Counted from the stretch's first letter, positions 27,707-38,900 are shown. The stretch: 64,000 nucleotides of DNA from Oceanispirochaeta sp. (GCA_963663385.2 CAXXXD010000003.1:288001-352000), one strand, 5' to 3'. The notes: a model not told the origin generated them from the letters alone. Program-made: numbers and translations.

Positions 27707-29485
27707 GTGGTGAAAAGAAAAAACAAACTGAAACTTCATACCATTCTATCCATTTTCATCTCTTTAATCCTGCTATGCATTATCCCCGGATTGGGTCAGC
27801 TGTCTCTGTCTCTGTTTAAAAACAGAACAATTGAAAGCTTTGCCGACAGCCGACAGGATACGTTATTGCAGATAAGCGAAAGCGTTACGGATTACTGCCG
27901 GAAAATCGAACTCCTTTCCTCTTCCTATTCCAGTATAGATTATATACGGGATCAGGCCGCCCTTCCTGAAGATCGTATAGACATCAGTGAGTTCCGGGGG
28001 CGCATCGACAGCTTGAAAACCGATATTGACAGGTCTTTCTTCTTTCCGGAAATTGAATACGAACTGCAGATCCTGTGCATGAACGGATTATCCTACTCAT
28101 CCAATATGGATCATATGTCCACCCTTATGGGCCTGCCTCGTACAATCTGGTTTTATCGTGCCATGAAAAATAATGAGGATACCCTCTGGCAGTCAAATAT
28201 CCTGTTTAAGGCAGATGACAAAAAGACAAATGTCATTTCTCTTGTCAAGTTAATCAGGGATTCTGAAGGGAGCACCAATGGAGCTATTTTAATTAATCTG
28301 GATGAACGGCAGCTTCACCGGATTTACTCCCAGATAATCGGATTCCAGAGTACCATATATCTGGTTGATAAAAACGGACAGATCGTCTCGCATCCGACTC
28401 TTTCAATGGTTGGCCGTTTTTTCTATGATATGGAAATATTTAATGCATTCTTCCAGGAGAAGGACTGGGCTCAAATCACTAAATCAGAAAAGGAGTACCT
28501 TTTTTCCCGGTTCTCATCCGGGGACAACCCCTGGATCGTTGTAGAAGAGATCCCTCTGGCTGTTCTGACCAATCCGCTTGTTGATATTACAAAGACAATT
28601 AACTTTATGACGGTTATTCTGCTTCTCCTCACCCTTATTATTGCTGTGTTTTTTTCCAGAATGGTGTCCCGTCCTTTTGAAAGGCTGGCGGATACGATGG
28701 AATCGGCCGGCAAGGGGGACATTTCGGTTAGTTTCAGTCAATCCGGATGTCAGGAATCATGCCTGATGGCTGAGAGCAGCCAGAATTTTGTTATCCGGAT
28801 TCAATCCCTTATTGATGAGGTCAAGAAGATTCAGCAGGAAAAGCAGAACAGTGAGCTTGAATTCCTGCAGATGCAGATAAACCCCCACTTCATCTATAAT
28901 ACCCTGTTTTCCATCCGCTGTATGGTAGATATGGGAGGTAATGAGAAAGCCAGTGAAATGACAACGCGTTTTTCCAGTATGCTTCAGAAAGTTCTGCGTA
29001 TTAAATCACCCATGATAACAATCATGGATAATATTGATTATCTGGAAGACTACAGTTTTATTTTATCCCAGAGGTTTGGTTCCCTCTCTCTGGATTACGA
29101 GGTTGAAAAGGGGATAGAAAAGGAAAGAATATTGAAGTTTATTCTGCAACCCCTGGTTGAAAACAGTGTATTTCATGGTTTTTCTGACGGGTTCAGGGAA
29201 GATTCATTTATAAGGATCTCTTTTCACAGGTGCGGATCGGATTTTCTGGAGATTACTGTAAGTGATAACGGCTGCGGGATGTCGGAGGATCTGATTGGAA
29301 GTATCCTGAATTCCAGGGAAGTTAAAAGAGAGAACCATATCGGTCTGCTGAATGTCCATAAAAAACTTCAGCTCTATTATGAAGGCCGTGCTTCATTGAA
29401 GATAGAATCCCAAAAAGGGGAAGGTACAGATATACATATCATTGTTCCCAGAACTCTGGAGGAATATGAAAATACTGATTGTTGA
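27707..29485 (+). CDS. YesM-type sensor histidine kinase (Cache, HAMP)
   Basis: LQMQINPHFIYNTL, ILQPLVENS..HG, DNGCG, HIGLLNV. Start may be GTG 27707 or 27710. Confidence 0.92.
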   Translation: MVKRKNKLKLHTILSIFISLILLCIIPGLGQLSLSLFKNRTIESFADSRQDTLLQISESVTDYCRKIELLSSSYSSIDYIRDQAALPEDRIDISEFRGRIDSLKTDIDRSFFFPEIEYELQILCMNGLSYSSNMDHMSTLMGLPRTIWFYRAMKNNEDTLWQSNILFKADDKKTNVISLVKLIRDSEGSTNGAILINLDERQLHRIYSQIIGFQSTIYLVDKNGQIVSHPTLSMVGRFFYDMEIFNAFFQEKDWAQITKSEKEYLFSRFSSGDNPWIVVEEIPLAVLTNPLVDITKTINFMTVILLLLTLIIAVFFSRMVSRPFERLADTMESAGKGDISVSFSQSGCQESCLMAESSQNFVIRIQSLIDEVKKIQQEKQNSELEFLQMQINPHFIYNTLFSIRCMVDMGGNEKASEMTTRFSSMLQKVLRIKSPMITIMDNIDYLEDYSFILSQRFGSLSLDYEVEKGIEKERILKFILQPLVENSVFHGFSDGFREDSFIRISFHRCGSDFLEITVSDNGCGMSEDLIGSILNSREVKRENHIGLLNVHKKLQLYYEGRASLKIESQKGEGTDIHIIVPRTLEEYENTDC

Positions 29486-30959
29486 TGATGAAATGATGAT
29501 CAGGGAGTGGTTGAAATATACGATAGAAACACTTGAGTTTGAAATCACCCGAATAGAAACGGCATCCAATGGTATGGAAGCTCTGGAAAAGGTTAAAAGT
29601 TGCCGGTATGATCTGATCTTTATTGATATCACCATGCCTAAAATGGATGGGATTGAACTTTTGAAAAGAATATACGAACAGGCTGTCGATTCAATGCTGA
29701 TTGTTTTAAGCAGTCACGATGAATTCCGGTTTGCCAGAGAAGCTATAAAATACAACATAAAAGAGTACGTACTGAAAAATGAGTGTTCAAAAGAAAAACT
29801 AACTGAGATCCTGGCTTCCTGCCGGGAGAAGATAGGTAATCGGCAACCGGGCGAAAGTCTGACACAGGAGTTTATGGAGCGTGTTCTGAATAATCATGCG
29901 CCGGCAAAGGGTTTAAGCCTGATTCAGGCGATGTTTCCGGCAATTCAGGGAAAGCTGTTCTTTACCGTGGCTATTCAGATAGACCCGAAGGACCTGCAGA
30001 GGAAATATGGTGCAGGTAGTTTTTCTTTAGACCTGGAAGGCCTTATCGGCAATAACGGAAAGCTTTCATTCTATCTGTTCAGTATCGAAAGTCGTGATAA
30101 GTCAGGTAATTACAACTACGATTATGCCCGGCTTTTATCCGAAAGTCTGGATAAAAAGGTTTCCTGCGGCAGGCTGTGCAGGACCGCGGATGATATCCTT
30201 CCTGAATGCCGGAACAGCTGGGTTGGGTATCAAAGCCTTTTCTACAGTGGCAAACAATACTGTTCAGGACATAATGAGTTCCGGGATTTTAATACAACGG
30301 CTGTTGATAACCTTTGTGAAACAGTTATTTCTGATATAAGATCCTATCTAAAAGAGAAAACCCTGAGGAATTTTCAGGACTTAAACCGGTTCTTTTCCGG
30401 TTCCTGTCCCTCAGATGTAGAGTCGGTTATTAATATTTATCAGGCTTTGTTAAATACATTCTTTATATACAATAATACCCAATCCCGTACTATTACAAAA
30501 GAATTGAATACAATCAGAGCGACAATCAGCGGCTTTGAAGATTTCGGAAGTTTATCCGGATGGGTTATCCGAACAATAGAAAACAGTACGGATCTGGTAG
30601 ACCGGGTAAAATACTCTCCTGCAGTAGAGAATGCTATTGAATTTATTGAATTGAATTTTCAGACAATTTCCAGTGTGAATGAAATAGCCGATCATGTGAA
30701 TTTGAGTCTGGACTACTTCTCCCGCCTTTTTAAAAAAGAGGTGGGGGATACATTGAATTCCTATCTGATCAATTTCCGGCTGAATAAGGCATCAATGATC
30801 CTGATTTCCAGTAACCTGTCCATACAGGAGGTGGCAGAACGTGTCGGCATTGAAAACGGAAGTTATTTTTCCAAGTGTTTTAAAAAGAAATTTCATACAC
30901 AGCCTATACAGTTCAGGATTCAGACAAAGCAGACTGGAGGGGATATCGAATCTCAATAA
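29466..30959 (+). CDS. YesN-type response regulator (REC + AraC)
   Basis: MKILIVDDE, DITMPKMDG, YVLK and a C-terminal AraC HTH (YFSRLFKKE...YFSKCFKK). Confidence 0.92.
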   Translation: MKILIVDDEMMIREWLKYTIETLEFEITRIETASNGMEALEKVKSCRYDLIFIDITMPKMDGIELLKRIYEQAVDSMLIVLSSHDEFRFAREAIKYNIKEYVLKNECSKEKLTEILASCREKIGNRQPGESLTQEFMERVLNNHAPAKGLSLIQAMFPAIQGKLFFTVAIQIDPKDLQRKYGAGSFSLDLEGLIGNNGKLSFYLFSIESRDKSGNYNYDYARLLSESLDKKVSCGRLCRTADDILPECRNSWVGYQSLFYSGKQYCSGHNEFRDFNTTAVDNLCETVISDIRSYLKEKTLRNFQDLNRFFSGSCPSDVESVINIYQALLNTFFIYNNTQSRTITKELNTIRATISGFEDFGSLSGWVIRTIENSTDLVDRVKYSPAVENAIEFIELNFQTISSVNEIADHVNLSLDYFSRLFKKEVGDTLNSYLINFRLNKASMILISSNLSIQEVAERVGIENGSYFSKCFKKKFHTQPIQFRIQTKQTGGDIESQ

Positions 30960-31093
30960 CATCCTAAAATTAAAGGCTTGGTTGTAGAAGGGCAGTTTTT
31001 TTGTATTTTCCTGTTCTGGTAAAGGGGCGGATATTGTTCTATGTAAAATAGGCCTTCTTGCCAGGGAGGAAAGAAAAGGTAATATATCCTTTT

Positions 31094-31375
31094 AATGCTC
31101 TGGAGGCTGATATTGTGATTCAGGCCAGAAAAGGAGGCGAAGGATATAAGGCTCTATAGCTGTTGTTCTATCATTCAGGGATAAAGAGCCTTCCCTTTGA
31201 TTCAGCCATGTATACTCTGGTTTTTGAAGCATGGTTGAAATACGGTAAGGGAGGTCATCCAGCTGCTTTGAATATGGGTGGCTGCTGTGCTTATGCTCAA
31301 GCTGCGTATCTGAAAGAGCCTTTGCTGTTTAAGGGGGATGATTTTACGCAGACTGATATTATTGTCTGCAAGTAA
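31094..31375 (+). pseudogene. vapC: Decayed VapC (PIN-domain) toxin
   Basis: One frame reads NALEADIVIQARKG..GYKAL*LLFYHSGI..LPFD...YGKGGHPAALNMGGCCAYA...EPLLFKGDDFTQTDI. In-frame TAG at 31157-31159, GDC->GGC change, no intact N-terminus or antitoxin. Confidence 0.8.
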
Positions 31376-31608
31376 ATGCTCCCGGAAATTATCTGTCAGT
31401 CGAATCCCTGAATATTCAGATTTAGATCTATAAACGGCTTTTCTGATTTTAATAACTTTCCGGGATTGATTCGGATCCTCCTGCAGGAAGGCCATCATCT
31501 TAATAGATTTAACGCGATAATCTGCTGAGGCTGTACAAACAGGATAAAATACGGGTCTTAAAGTCATCTTCCGCAAACCCGTCTGTACAATCCAAAACGT
31601 AAGTCTTC

Positions 31609-32397
31609 TCAGTTCATCCCTTTCCAGAACCGGTAGTTCCGTCTCTGTATCTCTTCGGGAGAGGGCATGGGGAAGAACAGCTCCTGATTCTGGGAGGCAA
31701 ACATAAATCCGTGCCGGATCAGGGCGTAGGATTTCTTGTTCAGATTGCAGTCCAGTCCCATACCCTTCGTTTTTTTATCCTTCCTGGCCTCCAGTTCACG
31801 GATCGCATCCCGCAGTTTTGACGGATGAAGGCTGGGGAGCGGGGGGTGCATCAGGGGATTCTTCTCAAAATCCGCCAGAAAGTCTGCAATATTCAGATCA
31901 AACTGGGTATAGAGGACCTTAGGTGCGCCCTTGGAGTTTCCCGGGGCTGTGATCCATTTGCCGTACTGGCTGAAATCGTATGAGGTCAGCACCAGCATTC
32001 TCAGCGGGTCAATTTCTGCCATAACCCGGAGAAAATCAGGCTGATGGGTTTTATCGTAGGAAGCCGGGTCCAGCGGGAGGCAGGTACCGTCGGGGTTGGT
32101 GAGGTACAGCCTGCGGATATAGTCGAAATCCATGTTTTCCAGTACCCGGTAGGAGCAGATGAATTTCGTTGCATGGGGCCTCCCGTCCTCATGGGGGCAG
32201 AGTCCGTTCAGTACCTCGTCAATAGAGAAATAGGGATCCCGGAATGCAATATCAATTTCTGCGAATATTACCTTCCCGTCGTAGTGCCGGGCGGATCCCA
32301 TGGTGTAGTGCCGGGCAAACTCATCGTAAGGGAGCTGAGAAGCCACAAGAGCCATATTCGGATAGAGAATAGCATAAAGATGTTTTTCGTAATTCAT
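31609..32397 (-). CDS. Conserved hypothetical protein downstream of hppA
   Basis: 262-aa ORF 4 bp after the hppA stop, with protein-like composition (ALVASQL...F..HY..G; PHEDGRP..TKFI.SYRVLE). Confidence 0.8.
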   Translation of the reverse strand: MNYEKHLYAILYPNMALVASQLPYDEFARHYTMGSARHYDGKVIFAEIDIAFRDPYFSIDEVLNGLCPHEDGRPHATKFICSYRVLENMDFDYIRRLYLTNPDGTCLPLDPASYDKTHQPDFLRVMAEIDPLRMLVLTSYDFSQYGKWITAPGNSKGAPKVLYTQFDLNIADFLADFEKNPLMHPPLPSLHPSKLRDAIRELEARKDKKTKGMGLDCNLNKKSYALIRHGFMFASQNQELFFPMPSPEEIQRRNYRFWKGMN

Positions 32398-32401
32398 TCG
32401 A

Positions 32402-34471
32402 TTACCCCCAAAAGGATTTTAACATAGGTGCGATTACCAGCGACACCATGGACATAAGTTTAATCAGAATATTCAGGGACGGCCCCGCCGTATCCTTGAA
32501 GGGATCTCCCACTGTATCACCGACGACAGCGGCCTTATGGGAATCGGACCCCTTACCGCCCAGTTCTCCTCCCTCGATGGATTTTTTGGCATTGTCCCAG
32601 GCACCGCCGGAGTTGGACATGAAGATGGCCAGTACGACTCCGGATGAAGTGACTCCGGCCAACAGGCCTATCAGCATTCCCGGACCGCCCAGAAAGCCGA
32701 CAAGAAGGGGCGTTGTAACCGCGATGATTCCCGGCAGCAGCATCTCCCTGAGTGCCGCTGCGGTGCTGATATCGATACACCGGTTGTAATCGGGTTCTTC
32801 CGTTTCAGACAGAATCCCCGGTTTTTCCCTGAACTGGCGACGTACTTCCTCTATCATTTTAAAGGCGGCCCTGCCCACAGCTCCCATGGAAAGAGCCGAA
32901 AAGAGATAGGGAATGACCGCACCGACAAACAGTCCTGTCAGAACCGGAACGCTGGTCAGGTCAATAACCGCGGCTCCCGAGGATTCCTTAAAGGATGTAA
33001 AGAGGATCAGCGCTGTCAGAGCCGCCGAACCTATGGCAAACCCCTTGCCAATAGCTGCCGTTGTATTTCCAACGGCATCCAGACTGTCCGTGATATCCCT
33101 GACTTGATGGGGCATTTCAGACATCTCGGCCAATCCCCCCGCGTTATCTGCAATCGGTCCGTAAGCATCAACGGCAAGCTGAATCCCGAGGGTTACCAGC
33201 ATGCCCATGGCGGCCATGGCGACACCGTACATTCCTCCCAGGGTGAAGCTTCCCAGAATGGCTGCGGCAATAAGGATCAGAATCGGAAAGGATGACATCA
33301 TACCGACGCCTATCCCGGTAATAATAGCAGTGGCGGCCCCTGTCTCGCAGCTCTTAACAATGGAATTCACCGGACGGGTTCCTGTCCCTGTATAGTATTC
33401 GGTTATCAGGCCGATCAAAGTACCGGCAGCAAGCCCCATACAGCTGGCCAGAAATACGGCCAGCCAGCCGGTACCGTTACCATACTGTTCATCTCCCAGG
33501 AAAAATCTGAACAGGATAAAGGCAAAGAGGGCAGCCAGCCCGGCCGCACCGAATGTTCCCGTATTCAGGGCCTTCTGGGGATCCTTTCCCGGTCCTGTTC
33601 TCACAAAAAACACGCCGATTATGGATGCCAGGATACCGACAGAGGCCAGCAGAAGCGGCAAAAGCAGAAGTTTCATTTTTACCGGAGTTGAAGCATCGGT
33701 TGTCAGGCCAAGGATCATGGCCCCGACCAGGGAACCCACATACGATTCAAAAAGGTCAGCCCCCATCCCGGCCACATCGCCTACATTATCTCCCACATTG
33801 TCGGCGATAGTGGCCGGATTACGGGGGTCGTCCTCGGGAATTCCGGCTTCGACCTTACCCACCAGGTCGGCTCCCACATCGGCCGCCTTGGTAAAGATTC
33901 CTCCGCCTACGCGGGAGAAAAGGGCAATGGATGAAGCCCCCAGGGAGAATCCTGTAATAATGGGCAATACCGTCTCTATCAGGATTTCTTCGGTGCTTCC
34001 CAGGAAATTTGTAAATATCCATAGTAAAAGAGACAGACCGGACAGGCCGAGGCCTACAACGCACATTCCCATTACGGTTCCTCCGGAAAAGGCTATCCTT
34101 AAGGCGCCGTTCATACCGCAATCCAGGGCGGACTGGGTTGTCCGTGAGTTGGATGCCGTCGCAATTTTCATCCCGATGTATCCCGACAGAGCGGACAATA
34201 CCGCGCCTACAATAAAAGACAGGGACTGAAATCTGAGAAATCCTTTATTAGCCAATGCCAGAAAAAGGGATACTATTGCAATGAAAGGAAGAAGAATCCT
34301 GTACTCCCTGTAGAGGAACGTCATGGCTCCTTCCGATACATATCCACCAATCTTCCGTAAAACCGGATTGTTAACAGGTTGTCTGTATATCCGGAAACTT
34401 GTAATTAAAGCAAAAATCAATGCACCCGTTCCAGCGGCAAAGCCTATGGGTATGAATTGATTCATATTCAT
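32402..34471 (-). CDS. hppA: Membrane-integral pyrophosphatase, K+-dependent, probably Na+-translocating
   Basis: [49 protein letters not shown] (Ala at the K+-dependence site). ADLFESY has the Glu position typical of Na+-PPases. AGGAGA RBS before ATG 34471. Confidence 0.95.
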   Translation of the reverse strand: MNMNQFIPIGFAAGTGALIFALITSFRIYRQPVNNPVLRKIGGYVSEGAMTFLYREYRILLPFIAIVSLFLALANKGFLRFQSLSFIVGAVLSALSGYIGMKIATASNSRTTQSALDCGMNGALRIAFSGGTVMGMCVVGLGLSGLSLLLWIFTNFLGSTEEILIETVLPIITGFSLGASSIALFSRVGGGIFTKAADVGADLVGKVEAGIPEDDPRNPATIADNVGDNVGDVAGMGADLFESYVGSLVGAMILGLTTDASTPVKMKLLLLPLLLASVGILASIIGVFFVRTGPGKDPQKALNTGTFGAAGLAALFAFILFRFFLGDEQYGNGTGWLAVFLASCMGLAAGTLIGLITEYYTGTGTRPVNSIVKSCETGAATAIITGIGVGMMSSFPILILIAAAILGSFTLGGMYGVAMAAMGMLVTLGIQLAVDAYGPIADNAGGLAEMSEMPHQVRDITDSLDAVGNTTAAIGKGFAIGSAALTALILFTSFKESSGAAVIDLTSVPVLTGLFVGAVIPYLFSALSMGAVGRAAFKMIEEVRRQFREKPGILSETEEPDYNRCIDISTAAALREMLLPGIIAVTTPLLVGFLGGPGMLIGLLAGVTSSGVVLAIFMSNSGGAWDNAKKSIEGGELGGKGSDSHKAAVVGDTVGDPFKDTAGPSLNILIKLMSMVSLVIAPMLKSFWG

Positions 34472-34531
34472 TTTTGATCTCCTATAAAAAGTCAATCATA
34501 AGCCTATTAACAAGCTTACAATTGAACCGGA

Positions 34532-35644
34532 TTACCCAGTTTTTACGGCATTGAATGCAGCCGCCTGCATCTTCAAGTACTTATCATCCGGAACCATCTT
34601 CAACGGATCAAAGGGTTCACGGGTTTTCAATATGGAGTACACTACCGTACTCATCTTTCTTGCAGAGGCGATAATACTCGTGCCGCTGCCCTTGTTCTTC
34701 TTCATCGCTCTGTACTTCGTCATGATACGGTAATTGCCAGTCGTTTTCCGAGTTCTAACCATTCCCATAACACACTGAACAAATGCCGTTCTCAGTTCTA
34801 CAGCCCCTCTCTTTGTTATATGCCCATGATGAATCGTCTCATTGGAGTTCTGCACCCATGGTACAAGACCGGCATAAGCCGAATACTTCTTGGCACTGGC
34901 GTACCGCTTGATATCATCCGTATAGGCCCTAATAGTCGATGCCGTTATCAATCCGACTCCCGGGATCGTCTGCAATAACTGTACATCCTCATCTTCCTTT
35001 ACAAGTTCCAGCAGGACTTTCTCTAACTGCTTGACCTGGTTCGAAACCTGATCTATCGTAGAAAGCAGCGGTTCTATCGCTTTGGCAGCGCTTCCGAAAC
35101 TCCTATGGTCCACGAGACCGATGAGGATGCGCTGCCTTTCTTTTTTACTCTGCAGCGCAGCTCTTTTTGTTTCAATTCCATACCCTAGAAGCAGTCCGTG
35201 AACCTGATTCTTCAAAGATACGACTGATTTAACAAGGATAGTTCTGGATTTAAGAACTCTACGGATATCCTCACTCTCCTGAGAACAAAGCTGTGATTCG
35301 GGAAGCATATCTTTTTCCAAGAACTCTGCTAGAGTTCTGGCATCATGCTTATCCGTCTTTTTCACTGATTCATTTACAACTTTGAATTTCAGTGTATTCA
35401 CAACCACCACCTCAATCCCTGCTAGCAATAGCTTGTTACGGAAGAACCGGGCATTTCCTGTTGATTCCACTGCAGCCCTAACATCAAGGCCCTCTTCTGT
35501 ATAGGACACTGCTTTCTCAAGAAATGCTCTGTAACCGTCCTCAGAGGTCGGATACATTCCTGATTCACAAATGCTTCTATCATCACTCAGGAAACAGACT
35601 GTTAACTGGGATTTGTGCAGATCCACTCCGATACTCATCTTCAT
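34532..35644 (-). CDS. IS110-family transposase/recombinase
   Basis: SIGVDLHK, VESTG, KTDKHDA, LLQTIPGVG.ITA, AYAGLVP..QNS (catalytic Ser loop), GHITKRG...LR. AGGAG RBS before ATG 35644. Confidence 0.95.
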   Translation of the reverse strand: MKMSIGVDLHKSQLTVCFLSDDRSICESGMYPTSEDGYRAFLEKAVSYTEEGLDVRAAVESTGNARFFRNKLLLAGIEVVVVNTLKFKVVNESVKKTDKHDARTLAEFLEKDMLPESQLCSQESEDIRRVLKSRTILVKSVVSLKNQVHGLLLGYGIETKRAALQSKKERQRILIGLVDHRSFGSAAKAIEPLLSTIDQVSNQVKQLEKVLLELVKEDEDVQLLQTIPGVGLITASTIRAYTDDIKRYASAKKYSAYAGLVPWVQNSNETIHHGHITKRGAVELRTAFVQCVMGMVRTRKTTGNYRIMTKYRAMKKNKGSGTSIIASARKMSTVVYSILKTREPFDPLKMVPDDKYLKMQAAAFNAVKTG

Positions 35645-35649
35645 ACCTT

Positions 35650-35860
35650 CGCTCCTATTGCCTAAAACAGCGCCTGTACGGTGAATTGATTCCATTCTCC
35701 TATCCGGTCTCGAAGACCATTGAATGTTTCGGTCACGGCTCTTCATTCTCCTGTACGGTCTCGGAGACCAGTAAAAATGGCGAACAGTAACCTGGCTGTT
35801 CTAAACGATGTTTAGAACATTGTATCAATCCACAAGCCTATGAAGACTTTTTATCATTCC
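35650..35860. ncRNA. Putative IS110 bridge RNA region
   Basis: Non-coding end with two 27-bp near-identical hairpin modules (35693-35719, 35744-35770), a perfect 10-bp-stem hairpin (35797-35819), and short segments matching the insertion flanks and the opposite element end. Strand and limits unresolved. Confidence 0.55.
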
Positions 35861-35913
35861 TCCTTTACTATTCAAAAACGCAACTGAACTGGTGATTAGT
35901 CATATTCAGCGGA

Positions 35914-38900
35914 TTACCCCTTCAGGACTTTCAGCATCTCCTCCAGGGAAATCTTCCTCTCTTCAAAGGCGATAAACGCCTCATCTGTCACAGAGTGTCC
36001 CGCCTGGGGGCCGGGGATTAACCGGAACCGGTCATCCAGGTTCCCTTCTGTAATCGCTGCAGCTATCTGCCCGATTGCTTCGGATGCACCCTTCCTGACA
36101 CACTCCTCGCAGAGACAGACATGAATATGTTTCTTGCCTCCCGTCTTCAGGGTCGTGGGTTCGGCAACCTTCCTCATATTATTATAGGTTGTATGAAGCA
36201 GTTCTTTGGCTGTTTTGGAACGGATCTCACCCAGAAGGCGCCGGTACAGCCCCTGCACATCCGGGTTGTCCTGACTCTGCCGGATCTGCGCATCCGTATC
36301 CTGCTCATGGAGGAAGGTGGACCTTTTGGCCCAGTCGTCCTTGGTCCGGACACTGGGGGTTCCCGCTCCGGAGATACAGCCGCCGGGGCAGGCCATAATC
36401 TCTATCATGTCCAGTCCGGTATCTTCGCCGTTCTTGATCCTCTCCACAATGGGAACCGCATTGCTGATACCGCTGATAATCCCGATACGGACCGTGGCGT
36501 CTCCCAGTCTGGCCTGGCTGATCTTGACGCCCTCCATACCATGGGCTTCGGTATACTCCAGGGGTTTGTATTTATAGGCGGGGTCCAGTTTGGATGCCGC
36601 CATCCTGAGAGCCGCTTCGGACACCCCTCCGGATACACCGAAGATAATCCCCGCTCCCGTGCTCTGCCGGAAGGGGTTGTCAAACTCGGACGGTTTGACC
36701 TGATCTTTGGTAATTCTCAGGCAGTCTGCCATTTCAAATAGTTCGATGGAAGTCAGAACGGAATCCACATCCTGCAGACCGCCTGTGTACATCTCCGGGC
36801 GGTCTGCCTCTTTTTTCTTGGCCAGGCAGGGCACAATGGAAACCACATGGAGTTTTTCCCGGTCGATATCCCTGTAGAACTCGGGGAGATAGCGTTTGAC
36901 CACGGCTCCCATCATCTGCTGGGGAGATTTACAGGAAGAAAGGTGAGGAATCACTTCCGGATAGGATTTTTCCACAAAGTTCACCCATCCTGGGCAGCAG
37001 GAGGTCAGGTGAGGAAGGGGGGTTCCCTTACCCAGTCTTTCCAGAAATTCCGTGGTCTCTTCCACAATGGTCAGGTCCGCTGCAAAGGCGAAGTCATATA
37101 CATAGTCAAAGCCGATCTTTTTCAGAAGCCCGGCGATAAAACCGGAGGTTTCCGCCGAAGTCAGCCCGTAGCGTTCGGCGACCAGCGCTCTTACGGCGGG
37201 GGCAATAAAACCGACGGTCCTGCAGTCCTCTCCGCAGTTGATGGAACTGAAGACCCTGTCTGTCGCCCGGACAAAGTCCAGAGCGCCGCAGGGGCAGACA
37301 TTGACACAGTGACCGCAGGCAATACAGTTGGTTTCGGTCAGGGGCCTGCCTGTTTTGGTGGTAACCTTGAAGTTCCCGTCCAGTGAGGTCATGGCCAGAA
37401 CATCCACACCCATTACATTGGAGCAGGCGTTTACACAGGCACCGCAGCCGATACACTTGTTGTGGTTCCGGCGGATAAAAGGGTGATCCTTCTCAATGGG
37501 AAGGTAGTTGGCCACCTTGTTGACCTTTCTATATTCAATTCCGTATTCCGTGGCTGCTGCCCGGAGGGAGCAGTGCTTTTCCTGACTGCAGCCGCAGCTG
37601 AGACAGCGTTTTGACTCTTCCATGGCCTGTTCGGCTGCGATGGTGTATTCCACCTCGTCAAAAGTCTCCTTTCTTGCCTTCATCTCCGCATGACTCAGCT
37701 TAACCCGGGGAATTTCAGGTTTATCCGCAAACTCGTATTTGGGCAGGTCTTCAAAGGACTCCATGTAGCAGGTGTACTCTTTTCCCGGCAGCTGAGCATA
37801 GCCGTGAGTCAGAAAATGATCCATGGAATCTGCCGCCATCTTCCCGGCGTTGATCGCCTGAATAACCGTAGCGGGACCGGTGGTACAGTCCCCTCCCGAG
37901 AAGATCCCTCTGGCCGAGGTTTCCATGGTTTTCGGGTTAACATCAATGTCCCCCCACTTGTTCAGCTTAACCGGAAGGTCGTCCCACAGGTAGTCGGTGT
38001 TGGTCTTCTGTCCTACAGCGGAGATAATCATATCACAGGCAAGGACCGATTCCGAACCTTCCACGGGAACGGGACGGCGGCGTCCGGATTTGTCCGGCTC
38101 ACCCAGTTCCATCCTCTGAATGCCCAGACCGGCGATGTCGTTAGTTTCGTTCAGAACAATCCTGTTGGGAGCCGAAAGGAAAAGCATCTGGATTCCCTCT
38201 TCCAGGGCTTCTTCCACTTCATAAGGTTCGGCAGGCATCTGTTCCCGTGTCCTTCTATAGACCAGAGTTACCCTGGACGCGCCGTTTCTGAGGGCAGTAC
38301 GGGCACAGTCAATGGCGGTGTTTCCTCCTCCGACGACAGCCACATGACCCTCGTTGCGCTTCTCACGGCCTCTGGTAACCAGTTCCAGGTAGTGGATGCC
38401 CGGCCGTACACCGGCCACCTTTTCGCCGTCCACCCGCATGGAACTGGGTTCCCAGGATCCTACGGCCATATAAACCGCGTCAAAATCCTTCTGCAGGTCT
38501 TCCAGTCTCAGGTGCTGTCCCAGCGCTTTTCCGGTAACGATGGTCACTCCGGCTTTCTCAATACGGGCAATTTCCCTGTCCATAACATCTTCGGGCAGGC
38601 GGTAGGAGGGGATTCCGTACCGCATCATGCCTCCCGCTTTCTCCTGCCTCTCGAAGAGGGTGACATTGTGTCCCTTCAGGGCGGAATAGTAGGCTGCGGA
38701 CAGCCCCGAGGGGCCTCCGCCCACAATGGCAAGGCGTTTTCCGGTTTTTTCCACTTCAGGGAATACCGGTTGTTCCTGCTCAACCAGATCGGCCACAAAG
38801 CGTTTGACCGGGTTGATGGCTACGGGGGTGTCCACCAGGTTGCGACGGCAGGCAGCCTCGCAGGGGTGGGGGCAGACCCGGCCACAGATGGCGGGGAGAG

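Larger units (their letters stand above)
34484..35905 (-). mobile_element. IS110-family insertion sequence with a long structured 5' non-coding end
   Basis: DEDD recombinase ORF. One end lies at ...TTGACTTTTTAT|AGGAGA (core near 34484-34485). The other end is at 35871 (shared CTAT) or 35905 (shared TAT). No long target duplication. Confidence 0.8.

Noticed and set aside
35645..35746. N-terminal extension of the IS110 transposase from ATG 35746
   Set aside because: The family starts just before the GVDLHK motif, an AGGAG RBS precedes 35644, and the extension overlaps the structured non-coding region.
35693..35770. Two 27-bp palindromic direct repeats with a 24-bp spacer as a CRISPR array
   Set aside because: Only two units, no cas genes, and located inside an IS110 end; better explained as IS RNA structure.
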